From Loktanella sp. (GTDB taxonomy: Bacteria; Pseudomonadota; Alphaproteobacteria; Rhodobacterales; Rhodobacteraceae): a stretch of DNA of 64,000 nt. How positions within the stretch are numbered: position 1 is the first letter of the stretch; each line of letters starts with the position of its first letter. Location: contig JAGXIQ010000112.1 in assembly GCA_024635625.1 (NCBI GenBank), positions 74,121 through 138,120 of the forward strand, in the 5' to 3' direction. Positions 9,706 through 18,786 of this stretch are shown in pieces. The translations under genes and the position numbers were made by a program. Below the pieces are notes generated by a model. It worked only from the letters and a program-made list of their open reading frames with translations, did no database searches and was not told the DNA's origin.

Positions 9706-10842
9706 CTAAGGCAGCAGATCGTCGCGGGTCAGCGTAAAACCGGATGCAATCCAGCTGGCCTCTGCCGCTTTAAGTGCAGCACCCAAGGCAGGGCCCTGCA
9801 ACGCAGGCATGAAATCGGCGGCCTTGACGGGCAAGCTTTGCCCAGCACCAAGTTGCGCCGCCGCAATCTGGGTTTTGTCCATCGGCTGCGATAGGGAAGC
9901 AGAGAGAACTGCAAGACGGTCAATGGCCGTGTTGGCACCATGACGGTATCCCACCTCTCCAGCGTTTTGGTCCGTTTCGCGCAGAATCGCCCAGCGCGCA
10001 GCCTCTGCCTTAGATAACCGAAGGCGATCAGGATCCCCGCCTAGGGCAGCCAGCCTGCGCATGAAATCAGGCTCTAACTTCGCCATTTCCTCGATATGGA
10101 TCAAGATCGTCAGCACGTCTGGCGCAGCGCCCGGCAACACCCGCAACAAGGCCCCGCTGGCGGCCATGCTTGCGATTGCGGGCGCTGGATCAGGTGCGGC
10201 CAATAGCTTGCGTATCTCATTGCCAATGCGTTCGGCCGACAGCCCGTCGATCCCGTCAAGGTTGGCGGCACATGCGGCGAGGCCATCGGCATCGATGCCA
10301 AGGGCTGGATCACCGTACCAAGCAAAGAAGCGAAAGAACCGCAGGATACGCAAGTAGTCCTCACGAATACGCTGTGCTGCCCCTCCGATAAATCGAACGT
10401 GACCCGCTAAGGCGTCGGGGATGCCACCCAAAGGATCGTGCAACGTGCCATCAGGCGCGGCGTAAATCGCGTTCATCGTGAAATCGCGCCGCCGCGCGTC
10501 TTCATCTGGCGTATTAGCAAAGGCAACGGTGGCGTGCCGCCCGTCCGTATCGATGTCACGGCGAAATGTCGTGATCTCGAATTGGGTGCCATCCACGATC
10601 ACTGTAACCGTGCCGTGGTCGATACCCGTTGGCACGACGCGAAAATCCGCCTTTTGGCCAAGCGCGCATACGACATCTGGCGTTGCATCCGTTGTGATAT
10701 CCAAATCGCTGGCGGCGGCACCTATCAGGGCGTTACGCACGCACCCCCCTACAAACCATGCCTGATGGCCCGCATTGGTCAGCATTGCGCAGACTCTCTG
10801 GGCGGCAGGATCGTCCAACCATTCGGGCGCGATCCGCGTCAC
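9706..10842 (-). CDS. cca: CCA tRNA nucleotidyltransferase / poly(A) polymerase family
   Basis: FVGGCVRN, DLDITTDA, GIDHGTVTV, DARRRDFTMNA, EDYLRILRFFRF. Start placed at GTG 10842 (GTGA overlap with the upstream stop) rather than 10947. Confidence 0.9.
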   Translation of the reverse strand: MTRIAPEWLDDPAAQRVCAMLTNAGHQAWFVGGCVRNALIGAAASDLDITTDATPDVVCALGQKADFRVVPTGIDHGTVTVIVDGTQFEITTFRRDIDTDGRHATVAFANTPDEDARRRDFTMNAIYAAPDGTLHDPLGGIPDALAGHVRFIGGAAQRIREDYLRILRFFRFFAWYGDPALGIDADGLAACAANLDGIDGLSAERIGNEIRKLLAAPDPAPAIASMAASGALLRVLPGAAPDVLTILIHIEEMAKLEPDFMRRLAALGGDPDRLRLSKAEAARWAILRETDQNAGEVGYRHGANTAIDRLAVLSASLSQPMDKTQIAAAQLGAGQSLPVKAADFMPALQGPALGAALKAAEASWIASGFTLTRDDLLP

Positions 10843-11435
10843 GGTTGCATCCGGTCTGCCAAGGCCCGCAGTATGCGGCCGGTTGCGCCCCAGATGTAGT
10901 AGGGGCCGAAAGGGACTGTATAATAATGCCGCATGTGGCCCTGCCACCGTCGCGATTGGATTATAAAATTGTTCGGGTTCGTGACGTGGGCCAATGGCAC
11001 CTCGAATACCTCTGTCACCTCGCCGATTTCAGCACGGGGAATGAAGTCGCCCCGGATCAGCCCTATGACCGGCGTCATGGAAAAACCGGTCACCGTTTCA
11101 TGTTCTGGCATTTGGCCCAGCACGTCGACACTGGAGCGGAGCAAGCCGACTTCTTCTTCTGCCTCGCGCAGCGCCGCAGCTGCCAAAGTAGGGTCGCCTA
11201 AATCCTGTTTACCACCAGGAAAGGCAATCTGGCCGGGGTGATGTTTTAGCGCGGCAGATCGCTTTGTCAGAAAAACAGTCTCTGTTTCCGGGCGAATAGC
11301 AATCAGAACGGCCGCAGGTCGCAGGATACGATCTACGGGGGCAAAAACGTCGTTGTTCAGATCGTAGTCGGTCGAGGGCCGGCCCGATCGGGCCAGCGCC
11401 TTTAGCAGTCTTGCGTCGAGATTAAGAATCGCCAT
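10839..11435 (-). CDS. Nudix hydrolase, CoA pyrophosphatase type
   Basis: AAVLI, LTKRS..LKHHPGQIAFPGGK, ALREAEEEVG, YYIWGATG; start moved to ATG 11435. Confidence 0.92.
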   Translation of the reverse strand: MAILNLDARLLKALARSGRPSTDYDLNNDVFAPVDRILRPAAVLIAIRPETETVFLTKRSAALKHHPGQIAFPGGKQDLGDPTLAAAALREAEEEVGLLRSSVDVLGQMPEHETVTGFSMTPVIGLIRGDFIPRAEIGEVTEVFEVPLAHVTNPNNFIIQSRRWQGHMRHYYTVPFGPYYIWGATGRILRALADRMQP

Positions 11436-12423
11436 CGGTAGCAACGGCCTCGAAACCAAGGGTTTCCGGCCTAAACTCGTAATGGGCACCGCAGAATTGA
11501 CAGTCAGCCGTCACGATGCCTTCGTCTGTCGTCATCGTTCGAATATCCTTGGCAGAATAGATCGAAAGGCTTTGCCGCACGCGATCTGCCGAACAGGTGC
11601 AGCCAAACGTGACAGGCTGCGGATCGTAGACACGCGGCTCTTCCTCGTGGAACAGTCGAACCAGCAAGTCAGTCGGCTGCACAGTCGGGCCGATTAGTTC
11701 CAGCGCGTCCACGGTATCCAACAGGATATTAGCACGACGCCAGTTTTCACCTTCGTCCTCGTCCAGAATATCCTCTGCCGCCAGCAGACCTTCTTCGCCA
11801 GACCCGCCTTCACCCGTCATAAGTGGAGAGGCCTTCGGCATGTGCTGAAGCATTACGCCGCCAGCGCGCCAGTGCTCACCCTCGCCCGCCAAGGTGCTGC
11901 GACCGTGAGTCAAAGAAAACCGGGTCGGGATCTGTTCGGACTGGGCAAAATACGTCTCGGCGCAAGAGGACAGCGAACCACCTGCGAGCGGGGTGATCCC
12001 CTGATAGGGCGTCGTGCCCTCACCTTGATCGATCAGAATCGCAAAATATCCCTTACCGATCTGCGTGAATGCGTCGCCGTTTGGGTCCAGCGTATCTTTG
12101 TCGTAGGCCGCATATGCACGAATCTTGGCTGGTTCGCCATCATCAGTCGGACCGTAGTAGTCGGTCGCAAGCAGACGAACAGGACCACCTGACCCGCGCA
12201 CTTGCAGGGACAGTTTCCAACGCAATTTCATCGTCTGACCAATCAACGCGGTCAGCAGGCACATTTCCGCGAGGAGCCCTTCGATTTGGGCGGGATAGTC
12301 GTGCTGACGCAGCACGTCCTCCAACACACCATCAAGACGGGCGACGCGGCCCCGGATATCAGAGGCGTCAAGCTGGAACGGCAGGACTGTGTCGTCCCAG
12401 GCGATACGAGAGCCAAGGGTCAT
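11422..12423 (-). CDS. hslO: Hsp33 redox-regulated chaperone
   Basis: DIRGRVARL, C-terminal zinc motifs CTCS and CQFC. Confidence 0.95.
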   Translation of the reverse strand: MTLGSRIAWDDTVLPFQLDASDIRGRVARLDGVLEDVLRQHDYPAQIEGLLAEMCLLTALIGQTMKLRWKLSLQVRGSGGPVRLLATDYYGPTDDGEPAKIRAYAAYDKDTLDPNGDAFTQIGKGYFAILIDQGEGTTPYQGITPLAGGSLSSCAETYFAQSEQIPTRFSLTHGRSTLAGEGEHWRAGGVMLQHMPKASPLMTGEGGSGEEGLLAAEDILDEDEGENWRRANILLDTVDALELIGPTVQPTDLLVRLFHEEEPRVYDPQPVTFGCTCSADRVRQSLSIYSAKDIRTMTTDEGIVTADCQFCGAHYEFRPETLGFEAVATDGDS

Positions 12424-12462
12424 GGGCTTTCCTTACAAGGTCGGATTTGGCATACCGCGACA

Positions 12463-12490
12463 ATATAGGCACGACAAGCGTTGGTCCAAG
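12463..12490 (-). promoter_or_regulatory. RpoH (sigma32) promoter of hslO
   Basis: Minus strand reads CTTG-N17-CCTATAT, matching the alphaproteobacterial RpoH consensus, about 40 bp upstream of a heat-shock gene. Confidence 0.75.
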
Positions 12491-12499
12491 GGGAGAGCC

Positions 12500-12943
12500 A
12501 TGATCAGACGGTATGGCGACACGCCCAAAAGTGGGCAACTCTATGGTTTGCGACCCGGTGCTTATGCGATTCTGCCGCGCAACGGCGCATTTTTGATGAC
12601 TTGGCAGGGCAGCCCCCACGACGAGTTGCAACTGCCCGGTGGCGGTATAGATTCGGGAGAAAGCCCCCTGCGCGCACTTCACCGCGAGGTGTTCGAGGAA
12701 ACTGGTTGGATCATCGCCCGGCCCCGCCGTCTGGGTGCGTTTCGCAGGTTTACCTACATGCCGGAATACAAGCGTTATGCGGAAAAGCTGTGCCACATCT
12801 ATATGGCGCACCCCGTGTTGCGGTTGGACCAGCCGTCCGAGATCAACCATACCGCCGTATGGGTCGATCAAAAAACAGCGTTGAAATCATTGGCAAATAT
12901 CGGTGACGCTGTCTTTTTGGCAAAGTATATTTCGCAACTTTAA
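12500..12943 (+). CDS. Nudix hydrolase
   Basis: MIRRYG start after GGGGAG; LPGGGID.GE.P..ALHREVFEETGW Nudix box. Confidence 0.92.
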   Translation: MIRRYGDTPKSGQLYGLRPGAYAILPRNGAFLMTWQGSPHDELQLPGGGIDSGESPLRALHREVFEETGWIIARPRRLGAFRRFTYMPEYKRYAEKLCHIYMAHPVLRLDQPSEINHTAVWVDQKTALKSLANIGDAVFLAKYISQL

Positions 12944-13069
12944 CGTTGGTCTTGCGCATGTAGGGGCCTGCGTCATTCAGGCATCCACCATAATTCATCA
13001 AGTCGTAAGGCGTCGCGCGTAGCTTTAGGACTTCGGCATTCGCCCAATTTGCGGCGACTGCCGCGGCAT

Positions 13070-14038
13070 ATGAAATTTGAAAACAATATTGGACAATCCA
13101 TTTTGGATACCCCAAATCGCGCCGACCTTGCTGGCCCTCCTCCGCAGGTCATAGTGGAATTACTGCGCTTGCTAGGTACAGCAGATGTTCTGGTTGGCGT
13201 GTACGATCCGAATGACACGCTGTGTTACGGCAACGCCGCATTTCGAAACGCCTATGGCGTTGCCCACGATACCTCGCCCACGTGGGAACAAATTATGCGC
13301 CACAATTTCGCGGCGGGTTTGGGGGCGGCACTTGATACCAAAGATCTGGATAACTGGATCGCATCGGCCCTCTCGCGCCGAGGTAAGGCAGCGGCCCGGC
13401 AGTTCGAAAGCGACCTGATAGACGGTAGGTAGTTGATGATAAACGAAACAATGCTGGAAAGCGGGTGGAGCCTGTTTATTGCGAGCGATGTCACAGCCCT
13501 GCGCGCATCAGAACGCGGCTTACGGCCGGCGCGGGATATTGCCCTTAAATCTGCACAGACCGGCCCCTTAACCGGGGTTTCGAACCGGCGGCAGGTGATG
13601 AATCAGATGGAGCTCGTTATTTCACAGGGTGAAACTGTTTCAGCCTGCGCCTGTTTGCTGAATATAGACCACTTCAAAAGTGTGAACGACCAATTCGGGC
13701 ATCAAGTAGGCGACACGGTCTTGACCAGTTTTGCTCGCACCATCCAACGATCAATCAGGGTTCGCGACAGCTTTGGAAGGGTTGGTGGTGAAGAATTCCT
13801 ACTGATCCTTACGGACCTTACCGCCGACATGGCCGCGCCCCGTATCGCAAGCATATTAAACGCTGTGCGCATTATCACGCTACCCGGCATGCCGCCCGAC
13901 TTTCGCGTGACATGTTCTGGCGGCCTGACGCAAATCAGGCCAGTCGACACCTTGGCAGAAGTATTTGGCCGCTGCGACGCAGCGCTCTATTCGGCAAAGC
14001 ATAGCGGGCGTGATCAGATCGTAGCAGATCAGGGTTAG
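13070..14038 (+). pseudogene. PAS-GGDEF diguanylate cyclase interrupted by an in-frame TAG at 13430-13432
   Basis: ORFs 13049..13432 and 13433..14038 share a frame (GAC GGT AGG TAG TTG ATG). The N-terminal part is PAS-like; the C-terminal part has SNRR, HFKSVNDQFGH, RVRD I-site and GGEEF. Confidence 0.85.
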
Positions 14039-14119
14039 GCCGCGCGGCAAACCTTGCTCCCTTTCGTCAAACACAGTATCGCGATTCATCAATTGATCCC
14101 GATATAAAGGCACGCCGCC

Positions 14120-15337
14120 ATGACCGCTCCCAAGAAAGTTGTCCTCGCCTATTCTGGCGGTCTGGACACCTCCATCATCCTGAAATGGTTGCAGACAGAA
14201 TACGGCTGCGAGGTCGTGACCTTTACGGCCGATCTAGGTCAAGGCGAAGAGCTGGAACCCGCCCGTAAGAAGGCTGAAATGATGGGTGCTTCGGCGATCT
14301 ATGTCGAAGACGTCCGCGAAGAGTTTGTGCGCGATTTCGTTTTTCCGATGTTCCGCGCGAATGCGCTGTACGAGGGCCTTTACCTTCTCGGCACCTCCAT
14401 TGCGCGTCCGCTGATTTCAAAACGCCTTGTCGAGATCGCCGCCGAAGTTGGTGCCGATGCAGTCGCCCACGGTGCGACCGGTAAGGGCAACGATCAGGTC
14501 CGCTTCGAATTAGCGGCTTATGCGCTGAACCCCGATATCAAGGTAATTGCACCGTGGCGCGAGTGGGATCTGACCAGCCGCACCAAGTTGCTAGAGTTCG
14601 CAGAACAGCATCAGATTCCCGTGGCCAAGGACAAGCGCGGCGAGGCACCGTTTAGCGTGGATGCGAACCTATTGCATACATCTTCCGAAGGAAAAGTGCT
14701 AGAAAATCCCGCAGACGAAGCGCCCGAATACGTCTATCAGCGGACCGTCAATCCGGAACAGGCCCCCGATTCGCCAGAGTTGGTCGAGATCACCTTTGAA
14801 AAAGGCGACGCCGTTGCGATCAATGGCGAGGCGATGTCGCCAGCGACGATCCTGACAAAGTTGAACGAATTGGGCGGCAAGCACGGCGTCGGGCGTTTGG
14901 ATCTTGTGGAAAACCGCTTCGTCGGCATGAAGTCCCGCGGCATCTATGAAACTCCGGGCGGCACGATCCTGCTGGAAGCGCATCGCGGGATAGAGCAAAT
15001 CACGCTGGATAGCGGCGCTGGCCACTTGAAAGACAGCATCATGCCCCGCTACGCAGAGCTGATCTATAACGGCTTCTGGTTCTCGCCAGAGCGTGAAATG
15101 TTGCAGGCGCTGATCGACAAATCACAGGAATTGGTCAGCGGCACCGTCCGGGTGAAACTGTACAAGGGTAGCGCCAGAACGGTTGCGCGTTGGTCAGACA
15201 ACAGCCTGTATTCAGAAGCGCACGTGACGTTCGAGGACGATGCTGGCGCATACGATCAGACCGACGCGCAGGGCTTTATTCAGCTCAATGCGCTGCGGCT
15301 GAAGCTGCTGGCGTCGCGCGCCCGTCGTCTGAAATAG
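14120..15337 (+). CDS. argG: Argininosuccinate synthase
   Basis: [43 protein letters not shown]. Confidence 0.99.
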   Translation: MTAPKKVVLAYSGGLDTSIILKWLQTEYGCEVVTFTADLGQGEELEPARKKAEMMGASAIYVEDVREEFVRDFVFPMFRANALYEGLYLLGTSIARPLISKRLVEIAAEVGADAVAHGATGKGNDQVRFELAAYALNPDIKVIAPWREWDLTSRTKLLEFAEQHQIPVAKDKRGEAPFSVDANLLHTSSEGKVLENPADEAPEYVYQRTVNPEQAPDSPELVEITFEKGDAVAINGEAMSPATILTKLNELGGKHGVGRLDLVENRFVGMKSRGIYETPGGTILLEAHRGIEQITLDSGAGHLKDSIMPRYAELIYNGFWFSPEREMLQALIDKSQELVSGTVRVKLYKGSARTVARWSDNSLYSEAHVTFEDDAGAYDQTDAQGFIQLNALRLKLLASRARRLK

Positions 15338-15343
15338 AGAGCA

Positions 15344-15374
15344 AACCCCGCCGGCATCTGGGATGCGGGCGGGG
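15344..15374 (+). terminator. Hairpin terminator after argG
   Basis: CCCCGCC-G-GCATC-TGG-GATGC-G-GGCGGGG, flanked by A-rich tracts, between convergent genes. Confidence 0.65.
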
Positions 15375-15514
15375 CTAAACAAAATACTCTTTAACAACGC
15401 TTAGTCACTTCGGCCAAAAACACGGCAACTGGTGACAAACCTACAGCCCGGAGCAACCTCAAGCTGCTGTACGATTATAGTCACGGCAGGGACCGACAAA
15501 AGTTTCACACCGTT

Positions 15515-16222
15515 TCAGATTATTTTCAGCGCATGTTTTGAAAGTCGTTCGTAGTGCGGCAAAGCCCGATCAACGAGGGCGGCTGCGGAACCGCTGAGAA
15601 CCGGCAAGGGCCCTTCGGAATGAGCAAAACCATTACTTGCGTGCACGGCACCATACCAATGCGCCGCCCACACCCCGTCCGCCGGATGCCCGCCAACAGG
15701 CCATGACAACATCGCCGGATCGAAAGGCAGCCCGATTACATCACAAAGCATTGCCAGCAGGCCCGCAGGGTTAGCGCGGATATCGGCGCTGTCGATTACG
15801 AAGCCACCGATATTGTCGAACAAAGCCGCCTGCGCCGCAAAGCCGATATCCGCGTCAGTTACCGTGTCCCGCTTTGCCCCATAACTCGCGACAACGCGCG
15901 CAGGGTGCCGAATCAGATGAACATTCACGCAGTCCTGCGCCCAATCGAGCGGAAAGCCATCAATCATATGGTGTGGCATGTGTTTCATGTAAAAATGCGG
16001 TTTCGCATCGGGGATAGGTCCAGCGCAACGGGCGGCGATTTTAGACGCGTCAACTTCATGCGCTGCGATGATAGCCTCGTGCATCGGATGATCTATGCCG
16101 GTCGCAGCAAGATAGGCCGCGTAGAACGGCTCGTCCCAAACCGCGCAATCTCCGCGTGCCCCAAAGCTATACATCATAGCTGTCGAAAGGTTGCGGGGCC
16201 CTGACCACATGGCAATCCTCAT
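15515..16222 (-). CDS. Sulfotransferase-fold (P-loop-like) protein of unknown function
   Basis: [14 protein letters not shown] resembles the 5'-PSB loop; LIRHPARVVASY resembles the 3'-PB motif. ATG 16222 overlaps the upstream TGA (ATGA); the ORF-track extension to 16486 is spurious. Confidence 0.75.
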   Translation of the reverse strand: MRIAMWSGPRNLSTAMMYSFGARGDCAVWDEPFYAAYLAATGIDHPMHEAIIAAHEVDASKIAARCAGPIPDAKPHFYMKHMPHHMIDGFPLDWAQDCVNVHLIRHPARVVASYGAKRDTVTDADIGFAAQAALFDNIGGFVIDSADIRANPAGLLAMLCDVIGLPFDPAMLSWPVGGHPADGVWAAHWYGAVHASNGFAHSEGPLPVLSGSAAALVDRALPHYERLSKHALKII

Positions 16223-17136
16223 GGGCGCGTCTCGATCAGCGCCTTGTAAAGGTCGCGTAAGCGTTGCGTGACGGGGCCAAGTTGGCCGGTGCCGATTTGG
16301 CGACCATCGATAGACCCGACAGGTGTTTGCGCACCAAATGTACCGGTCAGGAATGCCTCGTCCGCGCCGTAGGTATCGACGAGCGAGAAGTTGCGTTGGT
16401 GGACGGGAATATCGTTCGCGTGGCACAGGTCGATGACCTTTTGACGGGTGATACCGTTCATGCAGTAATCGCCAGTGCTGGTCCACACAGTACCCTTGCG
16501 CACGATAAAGAAATTGCAGGCGTTCGTCGTGTTCACGAAACCATGAACGTCCAACATCAATGCCTCGTCTGCGCCGGCCTTTTGCGCGGCAATACAGGCA
16601 AGGATGCAGTTCAGTTTCGAATGCGAATTCAGCTTGGGGTCTTGTGTCATCGGCAAACCGCGCAGGTGGGGCACGGTTGCGAGTGTAATCGGCCGCGGTA
16701 TAGACGGTTTTGAGTGTTCCATGATGATGACCATGGTCGGCCCGGATTGCGACAGCGACGGATGCTGAAATGGGCGAACCTTGACCCCGCGCGTCACCAT
16801 CAAGCGCGCGTGCGCGTCGGTAGCCATCCCATTCGCCGCTTGCGTTTCGCGCAGCGCGGCGATTACGCCAGCGCGGTCTAGGCCGATATCGAGATCGATG
16901 GCTTTTGCCGCCTCGAATAGACGATCCATGTGATCATCAAGGAACGCCCAGTGTCCGTCGTAAAGACGCAAACCCTCCCATACACCATCACCCAACAAAA
17001 AGCCGCTGTCATAAACACTGACCACAGCCTCTGATTTAGGTCGCAAGACACCGTCAATATAGATCAGGATTTGATCGTTCCGAGCGTCTTCGGCAGCCTG
17101 ATGGGTCGTCACATCGTTGGAATAGGGGGCAGTCAT
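16219..17136 (-). CDS. Fold-type IV PLP-dependent enzyme (BCAT/DAAT/PabC family)
   Basis: [33 protein letters not shown] (candidate PLP Lys), [27 protein letters not shown]. Confidence 0.9.
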   Translation of the reverse strand: MTAPYSNDVTTHQAAEDARNDQILIYIDGVLRPKSEAVVSVYDSGFLLGDGVWEGLRLYDGHWAFLDDHMDRLFEAAKAIDLDIGLDRAGVIAALRETQAANGMATDAHARLMVTRGVKVRPFQHPSLSQSGPTMVIIMEHSKPSIPRPITLATVPHLRGLPMTQDPKLNSHSKLNCILACIAAQKAGADEALMLDVHGFVNTTNACNFFIVRKGTVWTSTGDYCMNGITRQKVIDLCHANDIPVHQRNFSLVDTYGADEAFLTGTFGAQTPVGSIDGRQIGTGQLGPVTQRLRDLYKALIETRP

Positions 17137-17250
17137 TGCGGCAATCCTGTTTCAGATCAAGTGGCGCAGTCAAACCCGCGTGACATTAGGACGGGTCGCT
17201 TGCCGGGTGATCCTAGGGGATGCAGGTTGGTCGCAACAGGGAGGACATTC

Positions 17251-17913
17251 ATGTTCACGACATTCCAAATACTGAAACGGACGGCACTGACATTGGCCAC
17301 AGGCGCAGTGATTATACTGACCCCGCAAGTGGCGGCGGCGCAACAACAGCAGGCGATCGTGGCGGGCGGCTGTTTCTGGTGCGTTGAATCGGACTTTGAA
17401 AGCGTGCCGGGCGTTGGGGACGTAATTTCCGGCTACACGGGCGGCACTGTCGCCAATCCGACGTACTCTCAGGTCGGTCGCGGTGGCACCGGCCATTTCG
17501 AAGCGGTGATGATCCCCTTTGATGCTTCCAAGGTAACATATCGCCACATCATGGATCTGTTCTTTCGCAGCGTCGATCCAACCGACGCAGGCGGGCAATT
17601 CTGCGACCGTGGCGACCAGTATCGCACAGCAGTTTTTGTGACAACGCAGGAACAGGCGGATATCGCGTCAGCAGCCAAGGTATCGGCGCAGAAGGACTTA
17701 GGGCGCCAAATCGTGACACCCATCGTTCAGGCCGGGACCTTTTATCGCGCCGAAGACTACCATCAGGACTACTACAAGGGTGACAAGTTGATCCTAACCC
17801 GTGGCGGCCCGAAACGGCAAAGCGAAGCCTATGATTTCTATCGTAAAGGCTGCGGCCGCGATGCACGTATCCAACAGCTTTGGGGTACCAACGCGCCGTT
17901 CATCCACCACTAG
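17251..17913 (+). CDS. msrA: Peptide-methionine (S)-S-oxide reductase with an N-terminal signal peptide
   Basis: [40 protein letters not shown]; RBS GGGAGG before ATG 17251. Confidence 0.95.
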   Translation: MFTTFQILKRTALTLATGAVIILTPQVAAAQQQQAIVAGGCFWCVESDFESVPGVGDVISGYTGGTVANPTYSQVGRGGTGHFEAVMIPFDASKVTYRHIMDLFFRSVDPTDAGGQFCDRGDQYRTAVFVTTQEQADIASAAKVSAQKDLGRQIVTPIVQAGTFYRAEDYHQDYYKGDKLILTRGGPKRQSEAYDFYRKGCGRDARIQQLWGTNAPFIHH

Positions 17914-18785
17914 GCGCGGTCAGGCCTGAAGTCTTCAAGATCCCTTAGGTCAGGAATGACATCGGCGGTGCCGGGCCGCGTGACCATCAGTGCCGCAGCT
18001 CTAATGGCAAGGTTGATCGCCTGCGCCATCGGGTGCCCCCGATCGAGACCAGCAAGGACGTAGCCGGTAAATGTGTCACCCGCACCGGTCGTATCGACCG
18101 GTGTCACCGGCATTGCATCAAAATGGCGGTGGCCGTCTGGCCCGAACCAGTCGGCGCCATTTTTGCCCAATGTCACGATCACGTCGCGGATGCCCAGCGT
18201 TTCGGGTCGCTGGCCGATGGCTTGCTGCAATTGATCCGCTTCGACCTGATTCAGGATCAGTAAATCGATATGCGGCAAGACTGCCTTGACCCGGTCCGCA
18301 TCGAATGGCGCAGCAGCATAGGCAACCTTCAGTCCCATCTTTTTGCCCAGTGTGGCAGCGGTGCGTTGCAAGTTCGTTTCGTTTTGTATCAGCAACCAGT
18401 CGCCCGTTTCGGCCTCTGTCATCGCCTCTTGGAGGATCGCTTGCGGGATTGCGTCATTTGCACCCGGAAACAGAATGATCATATTCTCGCCTTGGGGGTC
18501 GACAGCGATGATGGCCTGCGCGGTATCTTCGTCTACTCGCGCAATAAAGCGAGTATCGACGCCGTATTCCATCAAGCGATCAACAGCCCATTCGCCGTCA
18601 TCACCGACGGCACCGATGTGGTGAACGATCGCCGCGGCACGGGCGGCGGCAACCGACATGTTCGTGCCCTTGCCGCCAAGAAACACCTCTCTTTGTGTCG
18701 ATGACAGTGTTTCGCCGGCGACAGGAATGTGCGGGACGGCATAAACGAAGTCGGCGTTGATAGAGCCAAGGTTCCAGATTGCCAT
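17910..18785 (-). CDS. rbsK: Ribokinase / PfkB sugar kinase
   Basis: GSINAD, GGKGTN, GAVGDDG, LQNET-like [14 protein letters not shown]; ATG 18785. Confidence 0.85.
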   Translation of the reverse strand: MAIWNLGSINADFVYAVPHIPVAGETLSSTQREVFLGGKGTNMSVAAARAAAIVHHIGAVGDDGEWAVDRLMEYGVDTRFIARVDEDTAQAIIAVDPQGENMIILFPGANDAIPQAILQEAMTEAETGDWLLIQNETNLQRTAATLGKKMGLKVAYAAAPFDADRVKAVLPHIDLLILNQVEADQLQQAIGQRPETLGIRDVIVTLGKNGADWFGPDGHRHFDAMPVTPVDTTGAGDTFTGYVLAGLDRGHPMAQAINLAIRAAALMVTRPGTADVIPDLRDLEDFRPDRA

Positions 18786-18786
18786 A

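Noticed and set aside
12843-13115. 90-aa minus-strand ORF containing LKLRATPYDLMNYG, faintly like a motif I recall from an actinobacterial protein family
   Set aside because: Overlaps the Nudix and DGC genes, has no RBS, and the resemblance is too short to support
15376-15514. AT-richer spacer between argG and the sulfotransferase-like gene, checked for a tRNA or att site
   Set aside because: No cloverleaf, T-loop or direct repeat seen
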